A stretch of 64,000 bases of DNA, taken from IMG/VR virus record IMGVR_UViG_3300009081_000001, positions 23,060-87,059 of that record, one strand, 5' to 3'. The stretch is from a virus. The translations under genes and the position numbers were made by a program. The notes beneath the pieces are model-generated. The model was not told where the DNA came from. It saw only the letters and a program-made list of their open reading frames with translations, and ran no database searches. Below, piece by piece: positions 1-9,221 of this stretch; position 1 is the stretch's first letter; the number at the start of each line of letters is the position of its first letter.

Positions 1-1194
1 ACACCGCCAGGGGTCGAGTACCATCTTTGCTTTCGATGCACTCAAGTCCGTCCACTCTGGCAGCATGACCACAAGGACTGTAGCCTGGCCCAACACTTCC
101 TCATAGGTATGGCTGCATGGGGCCAGCTTATCATAGGTGATGGCACCTGTTATCTCTGCCAGCCTTTGCCCCTGTGATTCCTCTGTGACCGGCGTTCCAA
201 CCTTATACGCCAGTCCCAGGATACCTACCGTGTCCCTTGGCGTACACCACTTCTCTACCGTGTGCAGTAAGCGCATGAGTACGTCCCGATTCGTGCGGGT
301 AGTGGCATGAACCAGATAGGGCCAGTCCTCACTTCCAAGGGCAGAGATAAGAGCCCGTCCATCCCTCGGAAAGCATGGCCCCCCGTAGCCCACCCCCGAC
401 TTGAGATACTTCTTGCCAATGCGTGAGTCATGGCCGATGGCTTGTAGGATGGTATCGCTATTAGCACCTGGCACGATACCCGCAAGCTCCCCTACCATGT
501 TAGCATAGCTGATCTTCATGGTAACGTAGCAGTTCAGTGACAGCTTGGCAATCTCGGCGTTGACAAAGCTCATGCGGCGGATAGGTGGGGGAATGTACAC
601 TCGGGGGTTGTCGTCAATGTAGAAGCCTCCGTAGACTGCATGATAGAACATCTCCAGCATCTCCCCTGCCCTATCGTCACTCTCTCCAATGAGGATAAAG
701 TCAGGGTTCTCCATATCTCTCAGCACGGAGCCAAGGGCAACAAACTCTGGAGAGTAGCAGAGGCCGAAGTCAGAGCCACACTTCTTCTTGCTCAACCTCT
801 CCATCAGGTCTGCTATCTGCTGCGTATGCCCTGGCATGACCGTAGAGACGATGACTACAAGGTGATAGGCGTCCTTGTCTCTAAGAGCAATGGCGATGTT
901 CTCACAGGCGGCTCGAACGTAGTCCAGGGAGAACGCCCCGCTGTCATCCGATGGCGTAGGGACAAGGATAAAGGTGATCTCCGATTCCTTGACCGCTTTC
1001 TGTAGGTTCGTGGTCATGTGAAAGGGGTACTGTGCTACAAGCTCATTCACACCGGGCTCTGCTACATTTCCGTCGGAAATAGCCTTGATAGCTTGTGGAT
1101 TTACGTCAACTCCGATGACACTATGGCCCTTGCTCGATATCCAGGCTGCAAGCGCAGCGCCGAGCTTCCCTAGTCCAACTACGGATACATTCAC
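1..1194 (-). CDS. UDP-glucose/GDP-mannose dehydrogenase family protein (runs off the left edge)
   Basis: Not in the ORF track; my translation from GTG at 1194 gives MNVSVVGLGKLG (Rossmann), FILVPTP, VSTVMPG, CYSPEF, AEIAKLSLN, catalytic GYGGPCFPRD and LGLAYK. Confidence 0.9.
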   Translation of the reverse strand, partial: MNVSVVGLGKLGAALAAWISSKGHSVIGVDVNPQAIKAISDGNVAEPGVNELVAQYPFHMTTNLQKAVKESEITFILVPTPSDDSGAFSLDYVRAACENIAIALRDKDAYHLVVIVSTVMPGHTQQIADLMERLSKKKCGSDFGLCYSPEFVALGSVLRDMENPDFILIGESDDRAGEMLEMFYHAVYGGFYIDDNPRVYIPPPIRRMSFVNAEIAKLSLNCYVTMKISYANMVGELAGIVPGANSDTILQAIGHDSRIGKKYLKSGVGYGGPCFPRDGRALISALGSEDWPYLVHATTRTNRDVLMRLLHTVEKWCTPRDTVGILGLAYKVGTPVTEESQGQRLAEITGAITYDKLAPCSHTYEEVLGQATVLVVMLPEWTDLSASKAKMVLDPWRC

Positions 1195-1424
1195 TTGTTC
1201 CTCCTGCAAACTAGCCCGGCCATTCGATTGCCCTCAGTCATCCATATGTTTTGCGTACAGGTGAAGCCGGGCGGCACGGTGATCGCAATGCTGAACTCTG
1301 TTAGCTCCCTGGTATCCTGCTGTCTCAGCCAACGGTTGCCACAAATGCCACCCACGACGATGGCGATAACAAGCACAGCGGTCACACAGACGATGATGGC
1401 TACTTTTACTTCATTCCCCTTCAT
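1191..1424 (-). CDS. Small membrane protein
   Basis: N-terminal hydrophobic helix; stop overlaps the GTG of the next gene. Confidence 0.6.
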   Translation of the reverse strand: MKGNEVKVAIIVCVTAVLVIAIVVGGICGNRWLRQQDTRELTEFSIAITVPPGFTCTQNIWMTEGNRMAGLVCRRNK

Positions 1425-1427
1425 TCG

Positions 1428-2033
1428 TTACCTCCAATGCCTCAAGCTCTTGTCTACAAAGTCAACAGCCTCTTGTGTTACTTCTACACCAAGGTACTCC
1501 GCTATCTCTCGTACTGCCAACTCTGGACACTCTACAAGGTCATTGTAGTATACCCAATGGGCATCATCGGGCACGTTCTGCATCATGGCCTTGAGATACC
1601 GCAAAGAGATAGCTCTAGCCTCTTCCAGTGTGTGACCACCCCGGCGAAAGAGGCTATTGGCACACTGGTATGGGTCACGAAACACGGCGATAACCTTGAT
1701 GCTTCTACAATGAGTCTTCAACTCTGGCAAGAGAAAGCAAAAGCGCGGGTCTTTCATGGCCCATCGGGGATGCTTCTCAAACTCACGGATAAGACGAATG
1801 TAGCCAAGCGGATCTCGATTCCAGAACAGGTGATCGAGGTCGGGATTCTTCCAGTCTCCCCCCATCATGGCCGTGTGCAGCTCTGTGATACGCTTATCCT
1901 CGAAATAGCCCTTGGGGTTGTGGATAGAAGGGGGCCATAGGTCATCCCCCATGAAGAAGCCTAGATGATGGAGCACCCCTGCCACCGCACTTGTGCCGCC
2001 CCTGTTTAGCCCGACTACTGCTACACCTGTCAT
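1428..2033 (-). CDS. Sulfotransferase family protein
   Basis: GLNRGGTS PAPS-binding loop, NPKGYFED, KDPR, VFRDP..ANSL; start moved to MTGVAVV. Confidence 0.8.
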   Translation of the reverse strand: MTGVAVVGLNRGGTSAVAGVLHHLGFFMGDDLWPPSIHNPKGYFEDKRITELHTAMMGGDWKNPDLDHLFWNRDPLGYIRLIREFEKHPRWAMKDPRFCFLLPELKTHCRSIKVIAVFRDPYQCANSLFRRGGHTLEEARAISLRYLKAMMQNVPDDAHWVYYNDLVECPELAVREIAEYLGVEVTQEAVDFVDKSLRHWR

Positions 2034-2138
2034 GTTCCTGCCAGATAGAGAGTCAGTGCGAAGAGGGCTACAAGGGCTAGGGCAAATATCACCACTATAG
2101 ACGCCAGGCCGCATACCACACAGGCAAGTATTACCATT

Positions 2139-2951
2139 CTAGAATCCTCCGTCGTAAAACACAGGGCGCTTGCCTTTAATGTACTCCTGCTTGATGCGCT
2201 CAAAGTCGGCAACCGGGTCGCGTACAACGTCCATCTTCCACTGCGTATAGGCTGTGTTCCCTGGATCAATGTGGTCTATCTCAAAGCCGTGCAGAAAGAC
2301 ACTCTCATAGCCCAGGACGTTCATACGAACAGCGGCATAACTATCATCTAATCCGTAGCAGCCCATTTGCCACAAATAGCCAAACCGCCCATTGTCACCT
2401 ATCAGGCTTCCACGGTACGCTTGGACCGTGCCCATGATGTGATTGCAGCTTTCGACAACAATCCACCGCTGTCCTTTCTCGTGGGGCAGGAACCGCAACT
2501 TGCTCCTATACCACTGGTTAGTATGGTCGGGCCTTTCTTCCAGGTCTTTCCTCTTGAGGCCACAGATACCGATAGAGGGATCTCGCTCGAATACCTCTAC
2601 CATTCTATCTGCCCATCCCGACTCGTGCCACTCCACATCGTTGTCTATCTTGCACACCGCCTTGTACATAGGCTGATAGTACCGCCACAACTTATTGAGG
2701 GCATTGGCCGTCCCAATATTCGAGCCGTTGTATGAGACGTGACTGATTATGTCGCTATACTCGTCGTATAAAGCATGGGTAGCAGCACAGGAGCCATTGT
2801 CCGATACCATGAGGGTATGCTTGGTAAAGTCAACAGTCCTACGCATAGAGGCCAGCGTTCGCCGGGTAAGGGGGTGCCTGTTGTTATCCTCTAGATCGTG
2901 CGTGACCATAGTGAGTAAAATGATGCACCCCCTATCAAACCGAGATAGCAA
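2139..2951 (-). CDS. Glycosyltransferase family 2-like protein
   Basis: VSDNGS, NIGTANALN, DND (DxD) and DD motifs; exact start uncertain. Confidence 0.75.
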   Translation of the reverse strand: MLSRFDRGCIILLTMVTHDLEDNNRHPLTRRTLASMRRTVDFTKHTLMVSDNGSCAATHALYDEYSDIISHVSYNGSNIGTANALNKLWRYYQPMYKAVCKIDNDVEWHESGWADRMVEVFERDPSIGICGLKRKDLEERPDHTNQWYRSKLRFLPHEKGQRWIVVESCNHIMGTVQAYRGSLIGDNGRFGYLWQMGCYGLDDSYAAVRMNVLGYESVFLHGFEIDHIDPGNTAYTQWKMDVVRDPVADFERIKQEYIKGKRPVFYDGGF

Positions 2952-3112
2952 GGAATATGTCGTAGCCCCACATTTCCGTGATTAAGGCTAAGTCCTCGAC
3001 CTCAAGTTCACTGTGCATACCATGACCGTCTACAAGAACCTCCATATCCCCATGCGTTTCCTCTACGTCTTTCAGCCGTTCAATCAACTCGGATAGCTTC
3101 ACTTCTTGCCTC

Positions 3113-3538
3113 CTATGCTATTCGCTCAAGGCCGTCGGTATTGGTCTTGATGTGCCAGAGCCAACCAGGACCACCGGGAACGGGATCGCCACAGTACTCT
3201 TGCAACGGCCCCGAAACATAGTCATCGCCGTGCATCCACAATTCAACGTGGCCCCTAAGGGTACGAACACAGAGCGCATCGCCTTCAGGAATAAGGTTGC
3301 CGTTCTTCGTTTGGGGAAATATCTCAACCTCCCCCTTTCCAGTATCGGCCACCCGACAGTTGGCAAGCCAATGACCATTGAACCTCACATGACACCGCGA
3401 AGCCAATGGACTTCCACCCTCTACCCTCAAGGCGGGATAGACTACGCTCCTAGATTTGATAAGGCCCACTACCGGCACACAGGCAGCAGCGGCCCATGCA
3501 AGGCATCCACCAAGAAACCCTCTCCTACTTACACTCAC
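3113..3538 (-). CDS. Hypothetical protein with twin-arginine-like N-terminus
   Basis: SRRGFLGGCLAWAAAAC after a GTG start overlapping the upstream stop. Confidence 0.5.
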   Translation of the reverse strand: MSVSRRGFLGGCLAWAAAACVPVVGLIKSRSVVYPALRVEGGSPLASRCHVRFNGHWLANCRVADTGKGEVEIFPQTKNGNLIPEGDALCVRTLRGHVELWMHGDDYVSGPLQEYCGDPVPGGPGWLWHIKTNTDGLERIA

Positions 3539-3765
3539 TTCTTGCCCCCCACCCAGTTCACTCCATGATACCCCTTGCGCGTCTCTTCGATGAAACCGCC
3601 ATGAGCTGCTGCAGCCGTGCCCCAGTTCCAGTGTGCTGTAGTGAAACAGGGCTTGCACTCACCCCCACACTCTGGACACTCAAGGGGCTCATCCTGCCGC
3701 TCTATGCGTCTCAGCGCCTCTACCCTCTCCCCGCATCCCTGGCACTCATAGACGTATATCGGCAT
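3535..3765 (-). CDS. FmdB-family zinc-ribbon protein
   Basis: MPIYVYECQGCG...CPECGG pattern. Confidence 0.8.
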   Translation of the reverse strand: MPIYVYECQGCGERVEALRRIERQDEPLECPECGGECKPCFTTAHWNWGTAAAAHGGFIEETRKGYHGVNWVGGKK

Positions 3766-4217
3766 CAGTCATCCTCCCCATCGGAAAGCCCCAACTCCCG
3801 ACGCACTTCCTCATAGGGCCTCACACCCTCGTTGACTAGGGCAGCAACGCCGTCATTTCCGTCGGAAATAAGCCACACCTTCACGCCATGCAGGGGGATC
3901 CTTGGCGATGGAAGATACTTGAGGGCCAGCTCGTAGCTCAAATCAATGGCAAAGTTGATCTTGTCTAACCACGCCTGGTCCTTCCCCGCCCCACAATCCG
4001 CAACAAGAAAAGGGCCTACCAGTTCCCCGGTAGGCAGCTCCATTAGCACACTCTTGCCTATGTAGTTCCCCTGCAAGGCTACAAAGCCTAGCGCCCCATC
4101 TACTTGCTCCTGCTTTAGATGACGCCACTTGAGACGGTTTGCTACTACCCTATCCATTATCTCGGGATTGTAGGCTGTAGCCTTGCCCTCGTCTACCAGG
4201 GTGAGTATCTTGTTCAA
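3765..4217 (-). CDS. 3D/RlpA-like double-psi barrel protein (possible lytic transglycosylase-like)
   Basis: GKATAY ... FLVADCG ... AIDLS motif order typical of 3D/DPBB domains. Confidence 0.5.
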   Translation of the reverse strand: MNKILTLVDEGKATAYNPEIMDRVVANRLKWRHLKQEQVDGALGFVALQGNYIGKSVLMELPTGELVGPFLVADCGAGKDQAWLDKINFAIDLSYELALKYLPSPRIPLHGVKVWLISDGNDGVAALVNEGVRPYEEVRRELGLSDGEDD

Positions 4218-5015
4218 TCCTCTTCCTCCTTATACCCCAACGTCTCGGGCATAAAGTCACACGACCGAACATCATCAGCAAGCAAGTACAGCATGTACCT
4301 CTCCTTCCAGTCAGGATGCCTGATGATCGCCCGAATCATGTCCAACTCCTCACGCCCCAGTTGCAGATTCACCACCAGATCCGTCAACAGCCTCTCCATC
4401 ATCTTTTCCTCCCTTATTTGTTCGTTCAGTCCAAAGGTAATCCCACCACTGGTAAAACGAAGCACCGGGGTATCATCATATATAGAGATACCGTCAGTAT
4501 TCCCCGTCCAAGTACACCCATCCATTCACTTACCCTCCGTCGGAAATCTTACCGCACGTCTTCTTGTGTTCCGCAACCGTTCCTCAATCTGCCCCGCAAG
4601 CTCTACGGACCATAGCGTACCAGAACAGGCCCACAAGACCGCAAGCATCTCGTCTGGTCGCATGAAGATCGTGGTTGGTTCCTCTCTCTCGAAACGGAGA
4701 TAGACTGTATCTGGTTCAATGCCCTCCGCTATACCAGCACTAATTGTACAGTTCTCATAGGGCTGCTCCAGAATAGGGACGCACTTGGCAACACGCCCAT
4801 CTCCAAAATCAATCTCCATGTCACTCCCTATTTCCGTCGGAAATGTAAGCCTGATACGCTGCCTCTAACTCTTCTGGAAAACAGTCCACTTCCCAGGATT
4901 CACCCATCAGCCTCAACCAATTCCCGCTAGAACTACGCTCATACGTGGGCCACTCTTCCCTATCCGTCTCCACAACCCAACTCACATACGGACCATCTAC
5001 ACTAAGAACCTTCAT
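4214..5015 (-). other. Three short hypothetical genes (4214-4525, 4526-4819, 4821-5015)
   Basis: Abutting ORFs with purine-rich RBS. Confidence 0.65.
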
Positions 5016-5153
5016 TCCCTTCCCCTCCTTCTCTATTAGGGGATGAGGCCAGGCCGTACATCTGGCTCGCACCGCACTCCCAAGGCAGCACCCGGCGGTG
5101 TCTATGGTCATCAGTGTCTCGGACTCCCCACACCTCTCATCCCCATGAACACC

Positions 5154-5182
5154 ATTATACTACCATGAACACCTACTGTCAA
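5154..5182 (-). promoter_or_regulatory. sigma70 promoter of the leftward operon
   Basis: TTGACA-17-TATAAT, perfect consensus on the minus strand. Confidence 0.85.
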
Positions 5183-5283
5183 GATTCTCACTACGGTACA
5201 TATTTGCCGCTCATCCTATGAATAGATATAGGGAGATAGGGGGATGGATGCTAGTGGGTATACCCCCCCCTACCCTATCGTAG

Positions 5284-5508
5284 ACAGAGCATGAGCCCCC
5301 TAGCTACAGGAGGCGCTAAGAGAAAGGGTTAAAAGCCTGTAGCGGCAGTAATGGGGAACCCCTCTGCACTGGCGAGTGTGGAGCTGTAGCATGGAGCGTG
5401 CTACAGGTCGATAGGCGGAGATACCTACTCAAAAGGTAGGAGGGCATAGCAGCACATGCCTACTCTCATGCTCTGTACTGGTACTGGTGCAGGTGCCACC
5501 ACTGCACC
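5284..5508. other. Non-coding multi-hairpin element (candidate ncRNA or origin/packaging signal)
   Basis: 12-bp perfect inverted repeat 5284-5295/5465-5476 enclosing four hairpins, plus a further hairpin at 5486-5508. Confidence 0.5.
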
Positions 5509-5776
5509 TTCTTCATGGGCAGGATCAGGTGATGCAAGATGATAGCCTTGCTACAGTTCGAGTCTGTACTTGCCTGCATAGCCTATACCTATAAGGGGGT
5601 GCTATGTCTCTTTTCCGTCGGAAACGCAAGCCTGACCCCAGGCAGGAGCTACTTACTACCTATGCACACCAGGAGTATGTAGCCAGGGTGAGCGTGTGTG
5701 CGCATGGTAACTGTGAGACGTGCTCCTATAAGGCGTCTTGCACAAGGTATCACTCCAAGAAAGGAAGGGTTGTATA

Positions 5777-5822
5777 GCACAACAGTTCGAGGATTGACAA
5801 CCGTTCAGCAGTATGGTACGAT
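5777..5822 (+). promoter_or_regulatory. sigma70 promoter with upstream SOS-box-like site
   Basis: GCAC-N4-GTTC (5777-5788), TTGACA 5794-5799, 17 bp, TG-n-TACGAT. Confidence 0.7.
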
Positions 5823-5868
5823 AGTCTATGAAGGTGAACCCTACCTTAGTGGGAGAAAGGTTCTAGAG

Positions 5869-6162
5869 ATGGATTTCTCTCAACCCAGTGGCAAGTTTGG
5901 CTACGGTCGGATGGTGGTGGACTATACCCGCTTTGGCAAGTGCGTCAATGCGATTGTGAGGGTGGGGGAGCTGTCCCAACACCTGTTTGGTGTTGATGAC
6001 GTGGTTATAGGCGGCATCTACGAGCTAGACCACTTCCTCACTCTTGGAGAGCCCGCCGAGCTGCTTGGCTTCAAGCCCAAGTTCGCTGATATGTACGAGA
6101 TGGCCGTGTGGGATGAGTCCCATCGAGTGACCACCGTACAGTATGATAGCCTGCGAGACTAA
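5869..6162 (+). CDS. Hypothetical protein
   Basis: ATG after RBS downstream of the promoter (MDFSQP...). Confidence 0.6.
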   Translation: MDFSQPSGKFGYGRMVVDYTRFGKCVNAIVRVGELSQHLFGVDDVVIGGIYELDHFLTLGEPAELLGFKPKFADMYEMAVWDESHRVTTVQYDSLRD

Positions 6163-6212
6163 ATTGAAAGAGTGATGGGAGAGGCCCATCACTAACCGTT
6201 TCCGTCGGAAAT

Positions 6213-6244
6213 AGAGCCCCTATCTCTAGGGGCTCTTTCTTTTC
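6213..6244 (+). terminator. Rho-independent terminator
   Basis: AGAGCCCC-loop-GGGGCTCT followed by TTCTTTT. Confidence 0.75.
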
Positions 6245-6369
6245 CCCTACAACTAAATAACCCATAGCCCTGATGCGCCTTAATCGTGCATCAGGGCTAT
6301 GGGTTGTGAAGGTTGTGCCCTGCCAAGGGCGTTGCCTACCTCTTTAGGTAGGTATCTCTGAAAGGAGAT

Positions 6370-7347
6370 ATGAACATGGCGAAGAAGGTACAGCAGAGCA
6401 CGGTCGAGCTGGTCTATGAGGCGCTTGTCCTCAAGGGCTGGCACGTTGACGACGTTGAGTTGGACCGTGGCGCGATCACGGTTACTGCAATGTCGCCTGA
6501 TGGGGAGCAGTTGATTGACACGTTCAAGGCAACTGGCACCCGCAAGTGGCTGGATGGGGTAATGGACGTGAACCCCGTTGTGGCAGAGCCCGAGCTGTCG
6601 GAAGAGGAGTGGGAAGCCCTGTATGGCAACGTGACCGATAACGATGTTTGCCTTGCGTTCCTTGACGAAATCCCCGCCCTGGTCACAAGCAAGGAAGTCG
6701 CAGAGGCCGTGGTGCGGGTGCTGGATGAGATATTGGAACCCGCCGCCGTGGAAGCGGCACCTGAAACCCCGAAGGGAGAGGATGAGATGAAAGTGTACGC
6801 CTGTGAGAAGTGCGGTGAGATCCTGCCCGAGCCTGCCCGGTTCTGTGAGCCCCACGGTCGCATGGAGCTGGCCCGCCAGGAAGAGGAAGTCAAGGCGTTC
6901 ATCGAACACGAGGAATCGCTGCTTACGTCCTACCTGAACGTGCGCGAGGACTATATCGAGGAACACCCGTTCCTTGGTGTGGTCTTTGAGTCGATGACCT
7001 TCCGCCGGTTCCTGTGCATCCGGTACGAGACGCCACAGAGCGATGGTAGCACTGTCACCCGCGACCGCAAGCTGCTGGTGTCCCACGTCTACCAGGCCAA
7101 GAGCACGGATGGGATCTGTGTGGTAGGGTATGATACCTACCGCGAGGAAGTGCGCACGTTCCGCATCGACCGCATGAGGGGTGCCTACTTGGGTGAGTGT
7201 GCGCCCGAGCCCACGCATGGCAAGCCTGTGCTCTATCCTGCGTCCTACGATCTCCGCAAGGCAGTGCCCCAGGTGATGCGCAACCCCGAGAAGTACATCG
7301 GTAAGGGGTGGTCAACGAAGCCCCTGCCTGTGGTCTTGATGCAGTAG
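6370..7347 (+). CDS. Zinc-ribbon plus WYL-domain protein
   Basis: CEKCG..FCEPHG; C-terminal VVGYDTYREEVRTFRIDRM (WYL signature R-x-FR-x-DR). Confidence 0.7.
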   Translation: MNMAKKVQQSTVELVYEALVLKGWHVDDVELDRGAITVTAMSPDGEQLIDTFKATGTRKWLDGVMDVNPVVAEPELSEEEWEALYGNVTDNDVCLAFLDEIPALVTSKEVAEAVVRVLDEILEPAAVEAAPETPKGEDEMKVYACEKCGEILPEPARFCEPHGRMELARQEEEVKAFIEHEESLLTSYLNVREDYIEEHPFLGVVFESMTFRRFLCIRYETPQSDGSTVTRDRKLLVSHVYQAKSTDGICVVGYDTYREEVRTFRIDRMRGAYLGECAPEPTHGKPVLYPASYDLRKAVPQVMRNPEKYIGKGWSTKPLPVVLMQ

Positions 7348-7420
7348 CGTTTCCGTCGGAAATAGCCCCTTGCTCTCCTTGTGGGCAAGGGGCATTGTAA
7401 TATCTATAAGGAGAGGAACG

Positions 7421-7735
7421 ATGACCGTCAAGAGTGTCGTGTTCGCGTTGGTTCTGCTGGCCGTGCTGTTCGCGCTCGTGCCCACGTTTGCCGTGGCCGA
7501 GCCCGCCATCGAGGCTCCTGCATCCGAAGCCCCAGTTCTCGCCAGGACGGTGTTCTTCACGCCGTACCTGTCCATCTACCACAACCGCTACAATGCCAAT
7601 GGGGCGTACATCGGCAAGGCGTTGGGTGGTGGACTGTGCACTCCTACTCGTGGTAGCTGGTGCAAGGCCACGAACGCCTACGGTAAGGTGTTCTTTGTGA
7701 AGTGGTGCAACTATGCCAGGTGTGTGCGCTGGTGA
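7421..7735 (+). CDS. Small secreted protein
   Basis: Signal-peptide-like N-terminus ending AVA-E; Cys-containing C-terminus. Confidence 0.6.
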   Translation: MTVKSVVFALVLLAVLFALVPTFAVAEPAIEAPASEAPVLARTVFFTPYLSIYHNRYNANGAYIGKALGGGLCTPTRGSWCKATNAYGKVFFVKWCNYARCVRW

Positions 7736-7757
7736 TTGAGAGTCAAGCCCCATTCTA

Positions 7758-7820
7758 GAACATCAGTTTGGGGCTTGACAAGTGTTCAGGAGTATGATAC
7801 AATGGACCGTAGTTCAGAAC
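7758..7820 (+). promoter_or_regulatory. sigma70 promoter with SOS-box-like site and GTTCAGAAC element
   Basis: GAAC-N4-GTTT 7758-7769, TTGACA 7775-7780, 17 bp, TG-n-TACAAT 7798-7803, GTTCAGAAC 7812-7820. Confidence 0.8.
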
Positions 7821-7830
7821 GATAGGGAGG

Positions 7831-8290
7831 ATGAACATGAAGAACCAGGATCGGATCTTTCAGTGCAAGAACTGTGGACAGGCGGTGCAGGGATGGCATA
7901 CTGCACACGAGCAGTTTGACTGTGGCTGTGGGAACTACCAGCCGTGTGAACTGACAGAGGCAGAGTATCGGTATGTCTACGGTGATGCCCGGTACGAGCA
8001 GATGCAGGAGGACTAGCATGGATGAGACGATGTACGAGAAGGCCAGTGACGCACCGTGGAACCAGACGAGCGACGGGACCCCCTACTACCGGGGTAACGA
8101 GCCGTCGGCCAGCCAGATCGAATGGGAGTATCAGCAGGTGATGCGTGGTGGCCTGCCCTGCTACCGCCTGTGCCACCCTGGTGATCACTGTGAGGGCTGC
8201 ATGTGGGATGACGCCCGATGTGAGGATCTGAACGATGAGCCCGGCTATGAGGACTGCGACCTCTTCCCACCTATGAGCTGCCGGGGCTAG
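7831..8290 (+). other. Two small Cys-rich hypothetical genes (7831-8016, 8018-8290)
   Basis: RBS-led ORFs with CxxC motifs. Confidence 0.6.
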
Positions 8291-8307
8291 ATTTCCGACG
8301 GAAATGG

Positions 8308-8622
8308 CTACGGCCAGGTGGCTCTCAACTTGGTATTGAGCTTCTGGATAGTCACCCGGCCGTTACTGTACCGCACCGTGTAACCGTTAATGCCTGCTTC
8401 CTTAAGGAGTGAGGGGAGTGCAGCAACAAAGCGTTCGAGATCATCAGACTGGACGACTACCGGAACCTCAACCTGCTTGGGCTCACGCAATGCCCGGTAG
8501 TAACATGCTGTACACACACCCTTGCTCTTGTGAGGATGCGCTGTACTCCCACACTCTGTACACTGCTCATGCAGCCTTGACCACATATGGTTGCACCATC
8601 TTTCCCCGACTTGTTGCAACAA
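8308..8622 (-). CDS. Small zinc-finger protein
   Basis: CTECG..H...GVCTACY. Confidence 0.55.
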   Translation of the reverse strand: MLQQVGERWCNHMWSRLHEQCTECGSTAHPHKSKGVCTACYYRALREPKQVEVPVVVQSDDLERFVAALPSLLKEAGINGYTVRYSNGRVTIQKLNTKLRATWP

Positions 8623-8633
8623 GTCTATGCCCT

Positions 8634-9158
8634 TTAGGGCTCCATGTCAACTACATTTCCGTCGGAAATGGCGTCGTCAGGCTCGATCTCAACCTCTTCC
8701 GTGACGGTTGTACGCCGAAACGTCGCCTTTCGCGCCGATTCCAACAGGGCTCGCGCTGGATGGCTCTTGTTAGCAGGCCCCTCAAGCAGCTTGCTATCCT
8801 CTTGCAGCCCCTTCTCCAGCTCTACAAGCAACCGCGCAGCCTGTACAGCCTCTTTGGAATCGTTAGAAGCCGCCAGATTGCTCATGTTTATGAGCATCGG
8901 TGCCCACGCTCGCTCAAGCACCTGGTGCAGCACCTGCTTACGGGCCGCCAGCTCTTGAGCCAACATGCCCTGCACATAGGGAGAGTGCAGGGCATCATAG
9001 TACAGAGAGTGCGTTATGCCTGCCCGCTGACACGCCAACCGCGTCGTGGCGCAGTCCTTTCCAAACTGTTCCCTCACCTTCTGTACGATTTCCCACATTT
9101 TCACGTCCTGTGGGGATACAGCTTGAATGGCAGTATGGGGTGCGATCAGGTTGGTCAT
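8634..9158 (-). CDS. HTH protein, possibly terminase small subunit-like
   Basis: ACQRAGITHSLYY helix-turn-helix followed by helical domain; own minus-strand promoter TTGTCT-17-TATACT at 9192-9220. Confidence 0.45.
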   Translation of the reverse strand: MTNLIAPHTAIQAVSPQDVKMWEIVQKVREQFGKDCATTRLACQRAGITHSLYYDALHSPYVQGMLAQELAARKQVLHQVLERAWAPMLINMSNLAASNDSKEAVQAARLLVELEKGLQEDSKLLEGPANKSHPARALLESARKATFRRTTVTEEVEIEPDDAISDGNVVDMEP

Positions 9159-9221
9159 GGCATATAAAGCCTCATTGTCGTCATGTGTAGAAGTATATCA
9201 CACTTAGGGAGGAAAGACAAG

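Noticed and set aside
6280-7753. Long minus-strand ORFs 6280-7218 and 7055-7753, and similar antisense ORFs elsewhere
   Set aside because: They are shadows of better-supported genes on the opposite strand that have RBS and recognisable motifs.
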